Origin: Candidatus Staskawiczbacteria bacterium RIFOXYD1_FULL_32_13
GTDB lineage: Bacteria; Patescibacteriota; Minisyncoccia; Minisyncoccales; Staskawiczbacteraceae
Assembly (NCBI GenBank): GCA_001820485.1
Contig: MHPU01000020.1
Span: 11,589 to 50,320, forward strand
Reading direction: 5' to 3'
DNA length: 38,732 nt
Under the pieces are notes generated by a model. The model was given only the letters and a program-made list of their open reading frames with translations. It was not told the origin of the DNA and did not search any database. The position numbers and the translations under genes were made by a program. Numbering within the stretch: the first letter of the stretch is position 1; each line of letters begins with the position of its first letter. Shown in pieces: positions 35,894-38,732 of the stretch.

Positions 35894-37069
35894 ATGCTAA
35901 AAATAAATAAAAAAATATTATTATGTTTCTTGTGTGGGATTTTTATATTTTCTGTTATTTTTGTTTGCCTGCCAGCAGGCAGTGTTTTAGCAGGAAAGCT
36001 TGAAGTTAGTTATCCAACTTCTCAAACAGGCATTACTCTTACAGACACCAATACACCTATACCTATATTTTTAAAATATATTTTTGATATGGGTATGTTT
36101 TTGGGCCTTGCAGCAGCTGTATATAGCTTAGGAGCTAGTGGAATTTATTATTTAATGTCTCCTGCTAAACCAGAATATAGATCTATTGCTAAAGACCGGG
36201 TTACTGGAGCTATCTCTGGAATTTTGATTTTAGCAATGACATATTTAATTCTAACTACCTTAAACCCACAATTAAAATTTTTCCAACTTGGAGATTTACA
36301 AGATATTCCACCAATTGCAGTTAATAAATCACCTGGAGTTTATTTTTATAAATCAAGCGATTGCTCAGGCGATGAAAAATATTTTACCTCAAATATAAAT
36401 GACTTTGGAACAGCATTGAGTAATCAAATAAATTCTGTTTTGGTTGTACAAGGTAAAGATGCTTCTTATATTTCAACATTATATTCAAGCCCTGGTCTTT
36501 TTGGCAGATGCCAAGATGCAAGCCCAAACAAAACAACTTGTCAAAATAGTACTCCGCCGGGCACACTTACCCCAAATTTTGCTAGCTCTGTGTCAATTCA
36601 CAGATATGATTTTAATCCTAACTCTAATCCAGACAATGATGGCGTTTATTTTTATAGAAAATCATTTTATAATCCGGAGGGCGGATGGCTTAAAATAGAT
36701 AAAACACAAATTAAAAGTAATACTCAAGGATTTTTTGGATCAAAATTGGAAGATTTAATATTTCAAGATGTTCCGATAGAAGATCAAATCTGTGATAAAT
36801 GGGATGACAAAGGTATTTGCACCAACAAAAAAAATCCGACATTAGCCGGTAAAGAAATATCCTCCATTAAAATTGCAGGTAATTATATTGTATATTTTCT
36901 TTATTTTGCTCCAACAGATAACGCTAATGGGCCATGGTCATACTGCCAAGAATTTCCAACTCCTGATGATGTAAATAGAGAGGGTCCTTTACAATTTAAA
37001 TGGGAAAAAACTCCAAATCAAAAATATTTGCCGAATTGGCTATATATATATCCTGTTAAAGAAAAATAA
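35894..37069 (+). CDS. Pilin-domain protein, paralog of the upstream gene
   Basis: SGIYYLMS...AKDRVTGAISGILILAMTYLILTTLNPQL; PGVYFY; SIKIAGNYIV. Confidence 0.75.
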   Translation: MLKINKKILLCFLCGIFIFSVIFVCLPAGSVLAGKLEVSYPTSQTGITLTDTNTPIPIFLKYIFDMGMFLGLAAAVYSLGASGIYYLMSPAKPEYRSIAKDRVTGAISGILILAMTYLILTTLNPQLKFFQLGDLQDIPPIAVNKSPGVYFYKSSDCSGDEKYFTSNINDFGTALSNQINSVLVVQGKDASYISTLYSSPGLFGRCQDASPNKTTCQNSTPPGTLTPNFASSVSIHRYDFNPNSNPDNDGVYFYRKSFYNPEGGWLKIDKTQIKSNTQGFFGSKLEDLIFQDVPIEDQICDKWDDKGICTNKKNPTLAGKEISSIKIAGNYIVYFLYFAPTDNANGPWSYCQEFPTPDDVNREGPLQFKWEKTPNQKYLPNWLYIYPVKEK

Positions 37070-37072
37070 TTT

Positions 37073-37576
37073 TTATTTAGGCAAAATAACTACATATCTG
37101 TTTACACCTTCTCCACGACTTTCAGTTTTTACATCTTGTCTTTTGGATAATTCAGAATGAACAATTCTTCTTTCATAAGAAGACATTGGAAGCATTGATT
37201 TTTCTACCTTTGAAACCATAACTTCATCTGCTAACTCTTTTGCTGTTTTTTTTAAAAAATCTATTTTTTTCTTTTTATAATCATTAATATCCAAATTTAA
37301 ATGAAATATATTTGGAAACTTTTTATTTATCATCATCCTTAAAAGTTTCTGTATTTCGAAAAGTGTTTGTCCATTTTCTCCGATTAAAATTTGTGGATCT
37401 TTTGATTTTACAACAAGGTTAAGCGAATCTTTTTCATCTTTTTTACTATCTTCTGCTAAAATATCTTCTATTTCTAGACTAGTAGGATTTATATCTAAAT
37501 TATAAATATCAAAAGTCATTTTAGAAAAAAAATCTTCAATTATTTTTTTAATCTTTCCTAAATCTTCTTTATTCAT
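37073..37576 (-). CDS. jag: Jag/KhpB-like KH-R3H RNA-binding protein (short form)
   Basis: LIGENGQTL, PMSSYERRIVH, TESRGEGVNRYVVI; downstream of yidC. Confidence 0.9.
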   Translation of the reverse strand: MNKEDLGKIKKIIEDFFSKMTFDIYNLDINPTSLEIEDILAEDSKKDEKDSLNLVVKSKDPQILIGENGQTLFEIQKLLRMMINKKFPNIFHLNLDINDYKKKKIDFLKKTAKELADEVMVSKVEKSMLPMSSYERRIVHSELSKRQDVKTESRGEGVNRYVVILPK

Positions 37577-38292
37577 ATATTTTTTTGCTTTTTTAGTATG
37601 TAATATTGTTGAACAATTGAAAAAATACTACTAATTATCCAATACAAACCAAGAGCTGAAGGTAAACTTAAAAGTATTATTATTGTTATAATTGGAAAAA
37701 CATATAACATTTGAGTTTGCATAGCCTGAGCCATATCTGGCGCACCACCTTTATCTTTCTTTTGACTAGAAGCTACCATTTTGGTTTGGAAAAATTGAAG
37801 TATCCCAGCTATTATAGCAAAATATATATTTGGTTTTGATAAATCTATTATTCCTAAAAAAACAGGATTTATTACAATAGGACGGGTGACAAAATTATAT
37901 AAATTGTTTAGCTGTTCAGGTTTTAATCCTTGCCAAAATACTTGATATAAAGCTATTAAAATTGGTAATTGTATAAAAGCTAAAAAAAGTCCAGAAAATG
38001 GATTAATTTTTTCATTTTTATAAAGCTCTAATGTTGCTTTGGCTAATTTTTCTTTATCATCTTTATATTTATTTTGTATTTCCTTAACTTTTGGTTGCAA
38101 ATCCTGCAGAACCTTTTGTGAAGCAAATGCTTTTACAGATAAAGGATATAAAATAAATTTTATAACTAAAGTTAAAAATATAATCGCTATTCCAAAATCA
38201 TGTCCCGGTATAATATTATAAAATAAAACCAAAGAATTAAACAATGGCTTATATAAAAAAATATTAAAAATATTTGCTATAAATTCAAACAT
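37573..38292 (-). CDS. yidC: YidC/Oxa1 membrane protein insertase
   Basis: DFGIAIIFLT, LQPKVKEIQNKYK, IQLPILIALY, LPSALGLYW. Confidence 0.95.
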   Translation of the reverse strand: MFEFIANIFNIFLYKPLFNSLVLFYNIIPGHDFGIAIIFLTLVIKFILYPLSVKAFASQKVLQDLQPKVKEIQNKYKDDKEKLAKATLELYKNEKINPFSGLFLAFIQLPILIALYQVFWQGLKPEQLNNLYNFVTRPIVINPVFLGIIDLSKPNIYFAIIAGILQFFQTKMVASSQKKDKGGAPDMAQAMQTQMLYVFPIITIIILLSLPSALGLYWIISSIFSIVQQYYILKKQKNI

Positions 38293-38304
38293 TATAGTAG
38301 TAGT

Positions 38305-38376
38305 GTTATTCCCAACTTGATTGGGAATCCAGGGTTAAATGTGTGAACTCTGGATCCCCGTTTTCACGGGGATGAC
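38305..38376. repeat. Palindromic element, family A, between rnpA and yidC
   Basis: GTTATTCCCAACTTGATTGGGAATCCAG...CTGGATCCCCGTTTTCACGGGGATGAC. Confidence 0.88.
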
Positions 38377-38385
38377 AACTTAATA

Positions 38386-38727
38386 TTATATTTTTACCTT
38401 CGCTTTTTGTAAAATATCCTCTACGCTTTCTTTTATTTGATCAAAACTTTTATCTTTTGCAGACAGCAAAACTATAAAAACAAAATCAAACCCAATTTTC
38501 ATCTTTTGAAAGTTTTCCTCTAAAAAACTAGACATTCTTCTTTTAATTTTGTTTCTTTCTGTGGCTTTTTTAGAAACTTTTTGGCTAATTACAAAAGCAA
38601 AACGACTTATTTTAAGATTATTATTTAAAACTTTTAAAATAAAAAAACTATTTTTAAAAGATTTACCTTTTTTAAAAATCACTTCAAAATCTTTTTTCTT
38701 TTTTATTCTATTTTCTTTTGGCAACAT
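38386..38727 (-). CDS. rnpA: Ribonuclease P protein component
   Basis: MLPKENRIKKKKDF, RFAFVISQKVSKKATERNKIKRR. Confidence 0.95.
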   Translation of the reverse strand: MLPKENRIKKKKDFEVIFKKGKSFKNSFFILKVLNNNLKISRFAFVISQKVSKKATERNKIKRRMSSFLEENFQKMKIGFDFVFIVLLSAKDKSFDQIKESVEDILQKAKVKI

Positions 38728-38732
38728 AAAGA

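Noticed and set aside
22713-37069. Integrative conjugative element or prophage
   Set aside because: No integrase, relaxase, att pair or phage structural genes; composition is host-like.
4643-38221. Numerous 60-135 aa antisense or out-of-frame ORFs in the track (e.g. 6624, 15065, 17256, 20923, 25527, 29769, 33570)
   Set aside because: They are shadows of well-supported genes and have no motifs or independent expression signals.

Overview
AT-rich bacterial chromosome segment (standard code; TGA is used as a stop). Gene content and order suggest a Patescibacteria/CPR (Parcubacteria-like) genome; this is inference. Housekeeping genes: rel (partial), topA, hppA, nusA, tRNA-Leu(CAA), glyA, yebC, ruvC, rsmA/ksgA, jag, yidC, rnpA. 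These surround a host-composition, minimal type IV secretion-like locus: VirB6-like, PrgI, TraC-like, VirB4 and three pilin-domain fusion proteins, one a 1094-aa Cys-rich giant. The most unusual signals are small DNA elements. (1) A 7-bp-period inverted-repeat cassette occurs once filled with a four-helix-bundle gene and twice empty, with a related second repeat type elsewhere; all sit 5-7 nt before a start codon. (2) A PaaX/Cas2-like gene is bracketed by perfect 46-bp palindromic direct repeats. (3) Six GTCATT...ATGAC-type palindromic elements are present, four translated in frame inside topA (twice), rsmA and a ComEA-like gene. (4) Four GC-richer single-gene cassettes each carry their own promoter, Shine-Dalgarno and terminator. 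(5) A free-standing LAGLIDADG gene starts 1 nt after a tRNA. All calls were made by eye; no database searches were run.
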